This document shows positions 26,679 to 39,679 of a stretch of 64,000 bases of DNA, one piece after another. Source of the stretch: Nageia nagi (lineage: Eukaryota > Plantae > Pinophyta); assembly GCA_050084985.1 (NCBI GenBank), contig JBITNC010000001.1, forward strand, positions 171,430,001 through 171,494,000, given 5' to 3'. Numbering within the stretch: the first letter of the stretch is position 1; every line of letters starts with the position of its first letter. A program made the position numbers and the translations under genes. The notes under the pieces are model-generated. The model saw only the letters and a list, made by a program, of their open reading frames with translations, made no database searches and had not been told where the DNA came from.

Positions 26679-29600
26679 TTACGATGGCTGATTTGCGGTT
26701 TGCACATGTGATGCGATGGTGGCCTCGAAGTTCATGCCCATAACGGTTTCTCTATTCTTGACTCCAATGTTAAGAATTTCCATAACTCCATTTGCCAATA
26801 GATATGCAATGATGGTTTTTGCAGTCTTCTTCATCTCGCTACACCATACTGCCATGTCGTTGCCATATTTGAGCTGCTTGCCGGATATGAGAACATTGAT
26901 ATCTTCAGTCTTTGAGGTAAGTGGTAATCATCAGCTAGAACTCATCTATTACTGTAGCGTAATCTCTGTTATGTCCATCTTTCTTGATCAATCTTACATC
27001 AAATTGGTATTCTGCTAGTTGTTTCCCCATATCTACCTTAAAATTTGCCCAAACTCGGATGAAATCCTAACACTTTTGAATAGCGTAGAACAACCAATCA
27101 TACTGGTAAAAGAATTGATGATAGTATTCCATTAGTGTTCGCATGCCAAGAATCTTTCTTCGTAGTTCGTGCATCATTTGATAATTGTTGCCCCACCTGG
27201 TTATTAGTTCATGGATCCTATCTTTTACAAAGAATGATCCATTTTCCTCGATAAAGAAATTAGTTATTCCTAGGAATAACTCTTGGATGGCTTCTTTGGT
27301 TTCTCTTACGCACTCTTCTTTGATCACTTGAATCCCAATATTCAAGAAATTTGCTTCTTGATGTCTTCAACTGTTAGGTTAGCAACTCGTATATCAACGG
27401 TCAACCTTTTCTGTCCAGCCAATTCTCTTTTAAGCTCCTTGAGCTCTACATTTTGTGATGTGTTCTCTGTCAACGCTACAACATTGGTGACGATTGCATG
27501 TTGCCTACCCAGAGTGCCTATCTTTTTTCACAACTCCTCTCTCGTTTCCACCACTAATGCAAATTCCCCATTGGCATTTCTTTTCCTCCCTACAGAAATG
27601 GTATTGGTCACGATGGAGTCATCCTTCATTGAGACGTAAGTGGCTATATGTTCAAGTTCAATATTTGAATCTTGATCGATTTCAATGTCAGCACGGGCTT
27701 CAGATGGGTGGTGTGCTCTCAAATCGTTCAAAAGTGCCTTCATGTCGAAATTGTAACCAAGTTCAGGATCAGCAACTGTAGCCACCTGTCTCTTAGGTTT
27801 CCCTTGATGTTCATCCTCTCTCCTCTTTTTCCTCTAGTCTTCATTTGCACCTTCATCCTCCTCATTTCCTCCATCTCCTTCTGATGAGGAAGCTATTCCC
27901 TTGGTTGCTAAGGTCCTTCGTGGAGCAATTGGTGGAGGTTTTCTCTGAGGTGGAGGTGTCTTCTTCGGTTGTTGAGGTAAGGAAGCCCGTGTAGACGTAG
28001 GTTTTGTAGCTTGTATGGGTTCTTCCATGGTAGGAGGATCTATGGTCGATATCTCCTCGATTGATGAATCTGATTCATTGTCTGAGATATAAGGTATTTC
28101 TAATATCTGACCATCTTCCAAAGGCTCTCTTAAGAGGTCTCCTTCGTCAATCTCATATTCATCCTCACTATCACTGGAAGGAGGAGCAGGAGAACTAGGG
28201 CTAGAATAGTATAATTGTCAATCTCGGGATGGACCTCTGGGAGGGACTTTCACCAGCTTCTTCAAGCATTTGTATGGTGTGAAGTGCTACCAATCTCTTT
28301 AGTGCTTTTCATCTCTTGTGATAATCCTCGTATGGTCTGGTCAATAGTTTGCACTGCTTGAACAATGAGTGTAGCATATTGACCAGACTATCCTTGTGTT
28401 AATCTCACAGAAGGTGAGATTGATGGAGGCACGTACGGAATCGGGGATTCCCTTTAAGGATTACTAAAGGATGTATCATGGCTACTGCATTCTCCTCTTG
28501 CAGACCTCTCTTCTTCTTCTTCTTGGTTGCTATCTGCAAAAGCTTCTCTTCCACTGCCAAATCCCTATTTATCTTGCTGATCTGCTCTATATCATTTACA
28601 TTTCTATACCTTTCGAGCTTTCCTAGGGATTTGTGGGGGTAATCGGTTTGCCATGTTTTCTTGAAAAATGCATCAATTACACTTTGGGGGTCATAGTACT
28701 CTACTGCCTGTTCTACTGTGAAGCCGTAGTATGCCAACTCCATCTTCATTGTTTTAACTTGTCTCCAGGACATGCATTCGTACTCCCTTATTCTAATAGG
28801 TAATTTACAAGGTGGCACCTTTCTTACACCAAACTTTCTCGTCCAGGTACGACAAGTGTCTACAAAGTTCCATAAGTATAAACCGATCACTTGCATAATG
28901 AGGAAGTCTGTAAGGTGGCTCAGTTGACCTGTAGACCCTGATGTATGTGGCATCCATTTCTTTGAGATAGATATCTACATGTCCTTGAAGAGCTTGGATT
29001 GCCGCCTCTGAAATTCTAGTCATATTGGCGGTCCCCTTTATTTCCTTGTATATTCGGCACTCGAATCCGTCATTCATCATTTTAAATTCGTCCCATCATC
29101 TTTCCAGCTGAAATCTAGGGTAGCTCCACCAGATAGGCATTTCTAGGTCAAACAAGTACTTGGTATCTACTATGGTGGATTTTCTGTTCTTGCCATGTAG
29201 GAGCAGAAATACCAAGAGCTCATGTAGAATCTTTTGGTCTCTACGAGCTAGGACAATTGTTGGGCTATACAATCACTGATCGCCTTGGTCCATTTGATTC
29301 CTTTGCCTCATCTAATCTCATGTATGAAGCCGGCGAACTCTTTCCTGAATCATTGGTCGTTCTCTTGCCTTGTAATTCTGCACAGCATGTTGATAATGAT
29401 AGAGACTATAGGATAGAAGTCTATCCTCCTTGGTTGGCTTCAGGCCTTTGCCTTGTAGTCTTTGCACTCGTCAACCAACCAATCTCTTATCAGGTTCCCC
29501 GGCTTTGTCAGGCTGTTAAAGAATTTGACAGAGTCCATCATACTGAATATGATTCCCTCATTGTAACAAGCAAAAGCGCTCTCTATTCCTTCCATTGTGA

Positions 29601-29955
29601 AGTCTAGTATCTTGGTGCCTTCATTGTCATTAAGAATCCTCTCCTTCTTATTGTAGTATCTGGCTACTTCAAGGCACAATTCTAGGAATGGAGCAGTATA
29701 TGGGATCCTATAGGCTTCAACAATTCTGGATTGAGCAAGTGTGTCATTGAGCAACTGTTCATATGGGATTTTGGCCATCTTCTCTAATGACTTAACGGGA
29801 TTAGTGGATGCCCAGTCTATGTCTTTGATCTGACAAAGGCCGTCTACTAATGTGGTCGTAGGGAAAGCAGTTCTCCCTTCTTTTTCTAGGGTGATCGAGT
29901 TGATCTTCATAAGTCTCTCCATCTAAAGTTCCTTGTTTTTCTTAGCAATACTCAT
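26679..29955 (-). pseudogene. Degenerate LTR-embedded ORF, copy C (~1090 codons, most divergent)
   Basis: IKDIDW, PFLELCLEVA, ILDFTMEGIESAF and IYKEIKG..RISEAAIQA..YIRVY..LPHYASDRFILME match copies A and B. Confidence 0.85.
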
Positions 29956-30799
29956 TGTTTATGCCTTGTGGAACACAAGGTGTTAGAAGTGATACTGGGT
30001 ATCTCTGGAGCAATTTTGGAGTGAAAAAGAGATAAGTCAAATTTTGGCCTATTTTTGGGATTTTTCAAAAGCTAAGTGTGGATTTTCGAGAATTTTAAAG
30101 TTCATCGAGAGTGGGAAACGAATATATGGCGTGTTGGCAAATAAATCTAGGAGGCTTGTGGCCAAGTCTCAAAGAAAAATTTCGAATTTTCGGTGTCCAA
30201 ATTAACTCGCTGTTTTTTTAGCCCATGTATTCATTTTTTGACAGATTTTGGCAGCTTCGAAGCTTGGGAAGATGGGGATGCAAAATGGGTTTTCAAGCTT
30301 CGTTTTTGGGAGGTGAATGATAGAGGCTGCTCTCCTATATAAGGTCTATCACTTTGGTATTCACTTCGAAGTTTGAATCTTTCAAAATTTGGGAGTTTTT
30401 TGACCTTGAAAAAGCATTTTTGTATTTTTTCACATTTTTTCGAAAGCTGGAAAATGGTGAAAATGGCCAAAAGATAGGGGGGTTTGAAATTTGGAAAAAT
30501 TTTAAAAATTGGATTTGACCTAATGGATGGATAGAGGATGAGATTCTAAGATTCTTGAGAAATTTTGAAAAAAGTTTGGCTTATTTTGGATCTTGTGAGC
30601 AAATTTGAAGTTTTTGAGCATTTTTGTGAGGTTTTGTGAGGATTTTTCTCAAAATGGGTGCATGGAGGCTCAAGGAGAGTGTTTGTGAAGCAAATGAGAG
30701 GCTTAGGGGGCATTTATAGGTTTTTTGTGCCTTTTGCACGCTCTTTAGTGGACTTTTGACCTAAAAAGTGCTCTAATGGTGCATTTTGCATGTTTCTTA

Positions 30800-32300
30800 A
30801 GGTTTTGGAGCCTTCAAACACTCCATAGGCTTGAAAATCAGCGCCTAACTTTTGGAGGCACCTTCTTTGGTCAAAATTGAAAAATTCAAAGTTTAAACAT
30901 CCTTATTTTCTCCTTCTCCACCCAATCAAGTGCAAAAAATTGAATTTTGGTGGATTTTGGGACTTTCTCCTTGCATCTAGGCGCCATTTTTCATTTTTTT
31001 TGAAGTTTCCAATGGCTTGCAAACCTGCGCCTGACTTTTTGGGGCATTTCTAGTGCTCAATTTCAAAAATTTGTAAGTTTAAATGTCCCTAGAAAGCCTT
31101 TTTCCATGCAAACATGTAAAAAAAATGGAATTTTTGCAAAATTTGACTTTTCCTCATGCTAGACGCCAATGTTCACTTCATTGGATTTAGAAAAATAAGC
31201 AAACCAATGCCTAGAATTTTAGGCCACTTCCCTTGCTCAAATCGAAAATTTGCAAGCTTAAATGTGCTAGAAATCATGTTTTCCTTGCAATTGACCCTTT
31301 AAACTTGGATTTTGAGCAAAATTTGCAAAATTCTTCATCCTAGGTGCTAGATTTCACTCCATTGGATTTCCAATGGCATTAAAAACTGCACATGCCCTTT
31401 AGGTGCCTTAAAATTGCTCAAAATTGGAATTTTGTAGTTCTAAATGTGCTCAAAATGGGGTTTTCCACCTAATGGACATCTTGGGATGAATTTTTAATAC
31501 ATTTTTCACTTATCTCTCCAAGTTAGACGCCATTTCACACCTCTATGGATTTAGAAACATTAGAAAACCTGCACCTAGCCTTTGAAGGGTCAAAACTTGC
31601 TCAAAATCCAAATTTTCAAAACCTAATTGTGCTAGAAATCATGTTTTACACCTTGTAGACCCTTCAAACTTGAATTTTGACCTAAATTTGTCAATCTTTT
31701 ATGATTCTAGGCGCTAGATTTCATCCCATTGGATTTCCATAGCTCTCAAAACCTGCGCCTAGCCTTTAGGATGCCCAAATGTGCTCAAAATTGAAAATTT
31801 TGAGACCTAAATGTGCTTATAATCTTGTTTTCCTTGGTCCCAAGTACTTAAACTTGATTTTTGGTCAAAAAAACATTCCATCTTGTCATTCTAGGTGCCA
31901 TTTTTCACTCCATTGGAATTGGAAAACTCTAGAAACTTGTGCCTAGCATTCTGGGGGTCTTTACTTGCTCAAAACCAAAATTTTTGAGACCTAATGTGGC
32001 TTAGAAACATCATTTCCACTTATTCATGCATTTAGATTTGATCTTTGATACATTTTACCTTTTCTTCACTTCCTAGGCACCAAAATGCACTTCTATGGAT
32101 TTCCCATAGGCTTGAAAAACTATGCCTAGGCTTAGAGTGCCTTAGACTTGTTCAAAATTGAAAATTTCGAATCTTAAACATGATAGAATTCATCTTATCT
32201 CTCCAAATATGCTCTTAGACACGAATTTTGATGTCATTTGTATTTACTCTGAGAAACAAGCACCATTTTCCCTTACTTGGATCTTCAGTAACTTGGAAAA
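30800..32300. repeat. U3 tandem array, ~120-bp degenerate unit with CTAGGCGC / GCGCCTAG motifs
   Basis: Recurring TTGCTCAAAA..CTAGGCGC..CATTGGATTTCC..GCGCCTAG. Same array at 43100-44480 and 55210-56000. Confidence 0.75.
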
Positions 32301-34853
32301 ATGTGCCTTAAGCTAAGAGCACTCAATCTTGCACTTTCGATCCATTTCGAACTCAATTTGTGCATTTCCGACCACTCTTGGCATTTCTGAGCTCAATCTC
32401 GATCAAAATGCCCTTTACGACACCTCCAAGCTCAAACTCTACATTTTCGATGATTTTTGAGCTCAGATGGTGCAAAAACGACCATTTTTGCCTTTTTGGG
32501 CTAAAAGTTGTCATTTTCTATCATTTTCGGCACTTTTGGACTCAAAGTATCCAATCCTACTCATTTCTACCATTTTCAAGCCCTTATTGTGAAAAAACAA
32601 CCTTTTGTAGCATTTTCGAGCATTTCTGGCCATTCTGGACTTAACTCGTCACTCTTGGTCATTTCTGAGCTTCCCAAACTTACATCGTGCAAAAACGCAC
32701 TTTTTTACCATACTGACCATTTCCGAGCTCAAAAGTGACCAAAATGCACTTTTCTACCTTGTCCTTTTCTAGCTTTCCAAGGTCAATTTTGACAAAAACA
32801 TCTATTTTTGTCATCCTTGTCATTTTCAAGACATTCGGACTCAAACTTGTCACCTTGGATACCTTAGCGCCCAAATTATGCAAAAATGCGCCTTTCTGTT
32901 GCGTTAGGTAACTGTGAGCTCAATCTCTGCAAAAATGTGCCCTTTTGTCAACTCTGTCACTCTTGCGCTCAAATATTGCAAAATGTGCCCTTGACTACTC
33001 TATTGGCCACTTGGTGTAAAACTCCCTTCCTGGTTGCTGCTGTGATCCAAAATTGCATACTGCTTGATGTCACTTGAAACTGGGCCATGAATGGGCTCTA
33101 GACACGCTAAACTGCCTTGATGCCTCTAGGGTACTTGCGTGCATTGCTTCATCACTTGGCCACTCTGATTCTGCATTCTAACCGTCGTCTAGTCATCTTC
33201 AGGCAATGTCATCCATTGCCTTCAAAAGTAGGGTCTCCAAAATGCTGCATCTTGGGGTGTGTTGTATGGGCACAACACAAACTTGTATGGAATCCAATCC
33301 TACACCCCTTTAAGGTCAAAATTTCCATTTTTTTCAAATTTGGGGCTCAAGAAGGGTAGATGCAAGTTTTGAGGCATTTAGGCCATTTTCCAAATTTTGG
33401 AATTTGAGGGAAACAAGGAAAACTAGCATCTAGCTCTAAGAGGGTCAAAATTTGCCCAATTTCAAAAATTCCAAAAGCAAAGGTGCTTAATTCTTGTTTT
33501 GCCAAATTTTCATTTTGACACTTTTGGCTTGCTACCCTTTTGCTCATTTTCTTGTTTTTCTCACTTTCGATGGAGCAAAACTCATCGAAATCGTGAACTT
33601 GAAAGACCAATTTGATGTAGAATCACGATGCCCATGCTCATGAGCTCCAAAATTGGTATTTCGGATCAATATGAGCCTTCCAAAAGGTAGAAGCAGGTTT
33701 TGAAGAGAATAGGCCATTTTTCGAAATTTACTGAGTGAAAACATGCAAAACTCGCCCTTAACTTTTCGAGAGTCAAAAATTGAGTTTTTTCAAAATCTTC
33801 AAGAGTAGAATGGTCTTAATTTGTCATTTGGCACCACATCTCTCTCTCAAATTTTCATTCCGAGCATTTTGGAAAAAACTCAATTTTCGGGCTCAAAACA
33901 AAGCTTTTTGAAGGCCAAAACGCTCATTTCTTGATCCTGGCCCACAAGGGTGCTCAAACTTGTTTTCCTTGTTCATCCTAGGCTATACTGTACATTTTCG
34001 ACCTTCTCCGTCTTTACGGGCCCAAACGGTGCATTTCTGGCCATTTTCGACATTTCCAGGCTCTAAGTATGAATTTCGACCATATCTAGGTTTTCCAGAC
34101 ATTTTCGAGCTCGAACGGTGAAAAAACAATCATTTCTAACACTTCAATCTCAAAGTCTATATTTTCGACCTTTCAGGACTCAAGATATGCAAAAACGCTC
34201 ATTTTTGGCCTTCTCGGGCATTTCTAAGCACTTTGAGCTCAAACTTGCATTTTTGGTCATTTCCGAGCTTTTCAGGTTCAAATCATGCAAAAACACACAT
34301 TTTCAGCATAGTGACCACTTTCGGGCTCAAAATTGACCAAAACGTGCTTTTCTATGCTACTAACCATTTTCTGGCTCCTCGGGCTCAAAATTGACAAAAA
34401 CACGCTTTATGGCTGTAGATGCCCTTTTCGAGCTCAATTTGTGCAAAAACCCACATTTTCATCATCTTAATTGTATCCATTGCTCTCGAGCTCAAACTCA
34501 ACGAAAAACGTGCCTTTTGTCATCTTGGCGCCTTTGTTGCTCAACTTTGCCAAAACAACACCTTTTCTGCCTTGATGGCCATTCACTCAAAACTCCACTA
34601 TCTGGTTGCTGTCGCAATCCCAAACTCTGTTCTCTGAGACATTGCTCAAGACCGAGCCCTAACTTGGCCATTGGCTAAGCTGAACTGTTTCCATGACTCC
34701 GAGGCATGCTCATGCATTGTTTGATCAATTCATCATTCTAGGTATCCATATCGATCGTAAGTTGATCGCACCCAAGCAATGTTGCTCATTGCCATTTGAA
34801 AAAATTGGGTCCCCAAAATGCTGCATCTTTGGGTGTGTTGTGCGGGCACAACA

Positions 34854-35267
34854 AAAGGTAGAGCAAGTGCAGCAAAAGAGAGATTGAGAAAGGGGAAACA
34901 AATGAGATATGGACATTAGAATGTAGATAGATGTTTTGGTTCAGATTTTGTTTATAGATAGATGTTTTGGTTCAGATTTTGTTTGCCAAACTTGAAAATC
35001 TTTGATGTGTTTTGGACCTTTTAGTCCTTGGAAGTTGGACATTCGATATGTTACAAAATTGTAATACATTATGTTTTCACTTGTGTAATGTGTTATTTGA
35101 TATAGAATATTATCTTATTTTAAATGCAATGTTAAGAGATAGCTAAAAATGATTCGTTTCAATGTCAAATTGTGAAAATTTATTGGTTTTTCTTATTGCC
35201 GATTCTCAAAAAATCAGAAATCTCCTAGCCAAACGATTCCGATCTGATTCCGAGTTTGACAAATATG
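34854..35267. mobile_element. hAT-like 3' end remnant, same family as 1-394
   Basis: Direct homology (TAGATGTTTTGGTTC..ATTCGATATG..GATTCCGAT..AAATATG). Confidence 0.55.
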
Positions 35268-35689
35268 ATTCGGAGTGTGTGGAACCCATAACAATCCCGT
35301 AGGAGTCAATTCTCGAAAGCTAGTGCCAATCGATGAGACCATTGCACCTTAGAGCTGAACTCACACGTCATTGTCTATTCAGCCCTTTTCTTTGTTTTTT
35401 ATACTTTTTTCCGCAACTTTTGCAACCTTTTCACTTATTCACCCGAGAAATAATCTTTGCTTGGAACTAAGGACAATTCGAGCCCTTGGTCAACAAATAT
35501 TATTTGAGTTGGTGATGGCTTTAAACATCTCAATCGAATCTCCTGAGCCAATCTTAGCCCATCCATCCCAAGAGACCTTTGAGGTTGAAGTCCTCATAGT
35601 GGGTAGGGGTCACGCCTTTCCACTAAGGTGTTGGTTCCTATCTCAAGCCTTGCGAGCCAATTTGTCGATCGGCAAGATAGGAAAGAAAA

Positions 35690-35940
35690 AGCCCCCAACA
35701 ACCCTTCCATTCTAGACCCCTTCCCTCCACCGACTTCCCTGTTTCCCTCCCCTCCCCTCCACCGACTTCTTGTTTGCCTCCTCTCCCAATCCCCCCCTCC
35801 CTACTTCTTCCCCCTGCCCTTCCATTCTTGACCCCTTCCCTCCACCCACTTCCCTTTCTACATCCCCTCTCCATTTCTGCCCCCCCCCCCCCCCCCCCCC
35901 CCTTGTCCTTCCATTCTTGCCCCCTTCCGTCCACCCACTT
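35690..35940. repeat. Polypyrimidine / poly-C tract with repeated CCTTCCATTCT(A/T)GACCCCTTCCCTCCAC units
   Basis: Three related units and a C run at ~35880-35902. Confidence 0.8.
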
Positions 35941-35984
35941 CTCTTGAACAATACCTTCTTAAGTAACAATTGAATCATCCTAGT

Positions 35985-36200
35985 TTATCAAATCTTAAAC
36001 AATATCAATTTTTTAAAATGTCATTTTCTAAATAATCAATTTCTGAAATATTATTTTCCGAATTATCAAGTTTTGAACTATCATTTTCTAAAGCATAATG
36101 CTTTAAAATGTCAATTTTTCAATTATCATGTGTTTTGAAATATTATTTTTTGAATTGTCATGCTTTTAAATACCATTTACTGAAGTATCATGCTCTAATG
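35985..36200. repeat. Degenerate AT-rich ~30-bp minisatellite (AATTATCA..TTTTAAA..TCATTTT)
   Basis: Visible periodicity. Confidence 0.55.
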
Positions 36201-36339
36201 TAACATTTGTTGAACTTTCACATTATGAATTATCTACTAACTCGCATTGAAGAACTATCAAGTTTTACTTATGTTTCATATTTTATCCTGCTACATGCTT
36301 TATCGCTACTAACAAAAGCAGTATCAAGAATTTTCATGT

Positions 36340-37548
36340 CCCCTATTAACTATCCAAGATATGCAAACATGCTCCTCCAATTATCTTTGTTTTGCAAGTC
36401 TCAAACAAATTTCACTTTGCACTCCATGTTTCAGCATAGGACTTTGTATGCAACCCAAAGCAAAAGAAGAAATCAATTCTATTTGCTTCACTATGAAAGA
36501 ACATCCTCAACCAAGCTCTCCCATGTCCTTCTCAGCCTTTGGGGCAAGGATGGGTCTCCAACCAAATCATTGTAGGTCCGATCATTCTGTATTTTCTAGA
36601 ATTCTTTGTTTTTTCATATAACTTCTTGCAGGTTTTTTGCTATGGTAATAAAGAAGCCTTCATCAAATTTGTAATTTTTATTTTTATTTTATTTTGGAAT
36701 GCAGCCTAAGGTTCTCTCCATCGACCATATTCCAAAAGGGGCAAATTGTAGAACTAGTGATTATGCCTGAATGCTAGGTGTTTTAGCACCCAACCCCACA
36801 TCACCCAATGTTTTGGCCTTTAGTCCAAAAAACATCCAATGCTTTGGCATCACTAGTAAAGAATGAAAGCAATTTGTCCTCAAGCCTCAACAACCTCCCC
36901 AATTGAATAAAGTAATCTTGAAATTTCTACGCATCTATTTAGGATCATCAGCAGCAAAATCATATTTAGAATTATCATTTCAAAATCATCACTCGAGAAT
37001 CATCCTAATGTGTCATCTACTACAACTAGGTTTCCCTCTAAGATAATTAAATATTTAACAAGAAGCCTCCCATATAGGCTCAAACTTGCATTGCAACTAT
37101 TTAAAATGAGTTTAAGCGTTTTACTTGATTCATATAAAATGTGAATTCGGACCCACTTTTGGTAAATCAAGGTTAATTTAAGTGAATTTCTCTAAATTAG
37201 CATTATCTTCTATGCACATTGATCTAAGTGGATCCACCTAGATGAACTCAAACTCAAAGTCATTCCAAAATGTTTGCAAATTTGTTCTCGCATCATCTCA
37301 AGCAAAATCATCATCTCATAATTATCTTCAAGATTATCATCTTTAAAATTACCTTAGAATTATTCAAATCTATCATCTAGTTATAGTTATGGTTCTCCCT
37401 CCAAGATCATAAAGTTATCCACTAGAAAGCTTCCAATATTCTACACTCCAAATATATCTTTTCTTGTAAATTTCTAGATCTCTATATTGCATCTTGCTAT
37501 TAATATATTTTCATTCTGTAGGTAAATAAATATAAATGTTTTAATACA
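36340..37548 (+). mobile_element. Gypsy 3' UTR, PPT and LTR remnant homologous to 9840-11030
   Basis: AAAAGGGGCAAAT precedes TGTAGAAC at 36747; ends TTAATACA. Confidence 0.6.
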
Positions 37549-39354
37549 TTGTCTTATTTTTATTTCTACACTTCTGACCCTCTGCCTTCTTGATAAGTCT
37601 TCTATGTATATCCTCTTATGAATTTGAATAATCCTAATAGCTAGATCATATACTTCATATTGCCATTAAATCTAGTTTCCTTCATAGATAAAAATAGATG
37701 TGCATTGTTTGTCTTTTATTTTTGTGTCTATTGACACATATGAGTCATCAACCAAAAAGTTCCTTTATCATTGACTCAAGTAGAAACTAGAAATAAAGAA
37801 CATAGTGGACTTGGAGCCAAATTAATCTAGGTACAAACCTGACGTAGAGATTCTGACTAAGCCCATGTAGGTGATGAAGAAATGTGAAGACTTAATACCT
37901 TTTAATATTCCATCAACACATCTTTCACTATCATTAAGACCACCTTCTAGACCAGTATTCAGCTCAACATTCCCATCACGGTTTGGGTAACATGCAATTT
38001 GTCCCTCATCATTGGTGACTTCTTGATAATTGAATTCCTGAGCATGCAACCAATGAGCAAACCACTTGAGGTACGCACAATTGAGCCTATTGTTTGCGAT
38101 GAGATGGTTCTTGCATAGCATACCATCATTAATAGACACACCATTAGTGTGTCCATTATGGGCAATGATGATTCCATCATTGCAGAATTTTTGAATAATG
38201 GTGAATTGGTTGATGGAGGCATCAATAAGCACATGTTGTGATTAGTGCCATTCGACTCCATTACCAAACCTATCATGGATCCAATGGGACGAAGTACAAA
38301 CAATATATCAATTGAAACAATGACTCTACATGCAGTTGTGGAGTTTTGTAAGTCTCATCATCAAGTATGATGACATAGTTGAGAAGGAAGTATACATAAG
38401 CGATCTAATCACATTATTGTACATAGAACATACTACATAACAATAGTTAGATTAGTGGATGCAGCTTGTAATGTTCAAACTCTGAGATAAAAGATCTAAA
38501 ATGGCACTTAATTAATTTTTGTTAGGTTGGTAGAAGCAAGTATCAATTGCCATGATCATTCATATGGCAGTGCTATACATGTTATCCCTTTCATGTTCCA
38601 TGGTACAACATGTTGGAAATCATCATCATAATTTTTCCTAAGTTGGTAGTTGGTAGGAGTAACTATCAATTGCCATGCTCATTCAGAGGGCAGTGCTATA
38701 CATGACAGCCTTTTCATGTTGCATGGTATGATATGTTGGATATCAATTATCATCATCATGAAATATTGGTGAGCCCACAAAAGGATGTGTTGCTACACAC
38801 TGCATTAGATGATCCTTGTACAACCAGCCCGTGCATTGATAGTTGATTTATTTTGTGGTGCTTCCCATTTAGAATAGAAATATCCAAATTCTCTGCACAT
38901 TACATGTTATTTCTTATGTAGTTCATATTTTACAGTCTTCATGTGTATAGTTCATTGTGCATTCACATTTTGTTGCAGAAGTACAATCCTACATGTATGA
39001 GAGTAATCTTCTAGGATAAGATATCAGTTTCTCAATATAAATGCATAGTTGGCCCATGCAAAAGGTATGCAGTTCATCTTGGATTTGAGATTAAATCAAG
39101 GCTTTTGTATAATAACAAGTTTGCACCCTTTTAGGTAGAGGTTTGGATATATACCTTTACATGCAATTTTTTTTTTCTTGAGGTGTTTATGTGCAATTTT
39201 ATTTGCATTGGTCAGTATATAAGATTTTGTATTGTGTTCATTTAAAAGGAATTAAACTATATCAGATATGAATAAATGCTCAGCTTTTAAAATTTCTCTT
39301 AATACTGAAGCAAATATGTATGCAAATGCTCTGTTGTGAGGAAAAATTGTTTAC

Positions 39355-39679
39355 CTGATGGCGAAAAATGAAATACCCAAAGCCAAAGTAGACAATAATG
39401 AAAGGCAAGATTATGGGTGTAACTGTAGAATATACAAGGCCAAGTAAAAAGTATAGTTGCATGCGAGGGAGGGCTTCTGCAAGTGCAATACCACCTGGAT
39501 CCATAGCCTTCACCCTATCTTCCTCAGTCTTTACAAAAAGAGAGTTCTTTACATGGAACATGATAAGTGGAACCAATCGTAAAATCTCTCCAGCAATGCC
39601 AGCCCACCCATCAATCATGATGTAAGTTATAAAGAATGTTGCTCTCAGTGGGATTGATACTCCAAGCTGTTTTATCTTT
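39355..39679 (-). CDS. OSCA1: OSCA/CSC1 internal exon (TM6-TM8 region)
   Basis: GVSIPLRATFFITYIMIDGWAGIAGEILRL..QLYFLLGLVYSTVTPIILPFIIVYFGFGYFIFRHQ. ttgcag acceptor, CAG/GTAAAC donor, ends in phase 0. Confidence 0.95.

Larger units (their letters stand above)
24248..33277 (-). mobile_element. Gene-bearing solo-LTR unit C, both termini and TSD intact
   Basis: TGTTG...CAACA termini with a perfect CAAAC TSD (24243-24247, 33278-33282). 33277-30470 aligns with LTR 42134-44690; 26520-25584 aligns with the TATA/R/U5 part. Confidence 0.85.
23400..34853 (-). mobile_element. Truncated minus-strand LTR (23400-24247 plus 33283-34853) hosting unit C
   Basis: 5' terminus TGTTGTGCCCGCACAACACACCC at 34853. 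The two pieces join across the CAAAC TSD and resemble 58340-59150. Confidence 0.7.

Noticed and set aside
26679-29955. U3 ORF as an env gene or DDE transposase
   Set aside because: No signal peptide or transmembrane segment and no recognisable catalytic motif; termini and 5-bp TSD are LTR-type.
35628-35978. Pro- or Gly-rich ORFs
   Set aside because: Artefacts of the poly-C low-complexity tract.
37800-38320. ORFs 37822-38232 and 37959-38303 as a gene or missing OSCA exon
   Set aside because: No OSCA similarity and the flanking exons already join in frame; at most a decayed retroelement fragment.
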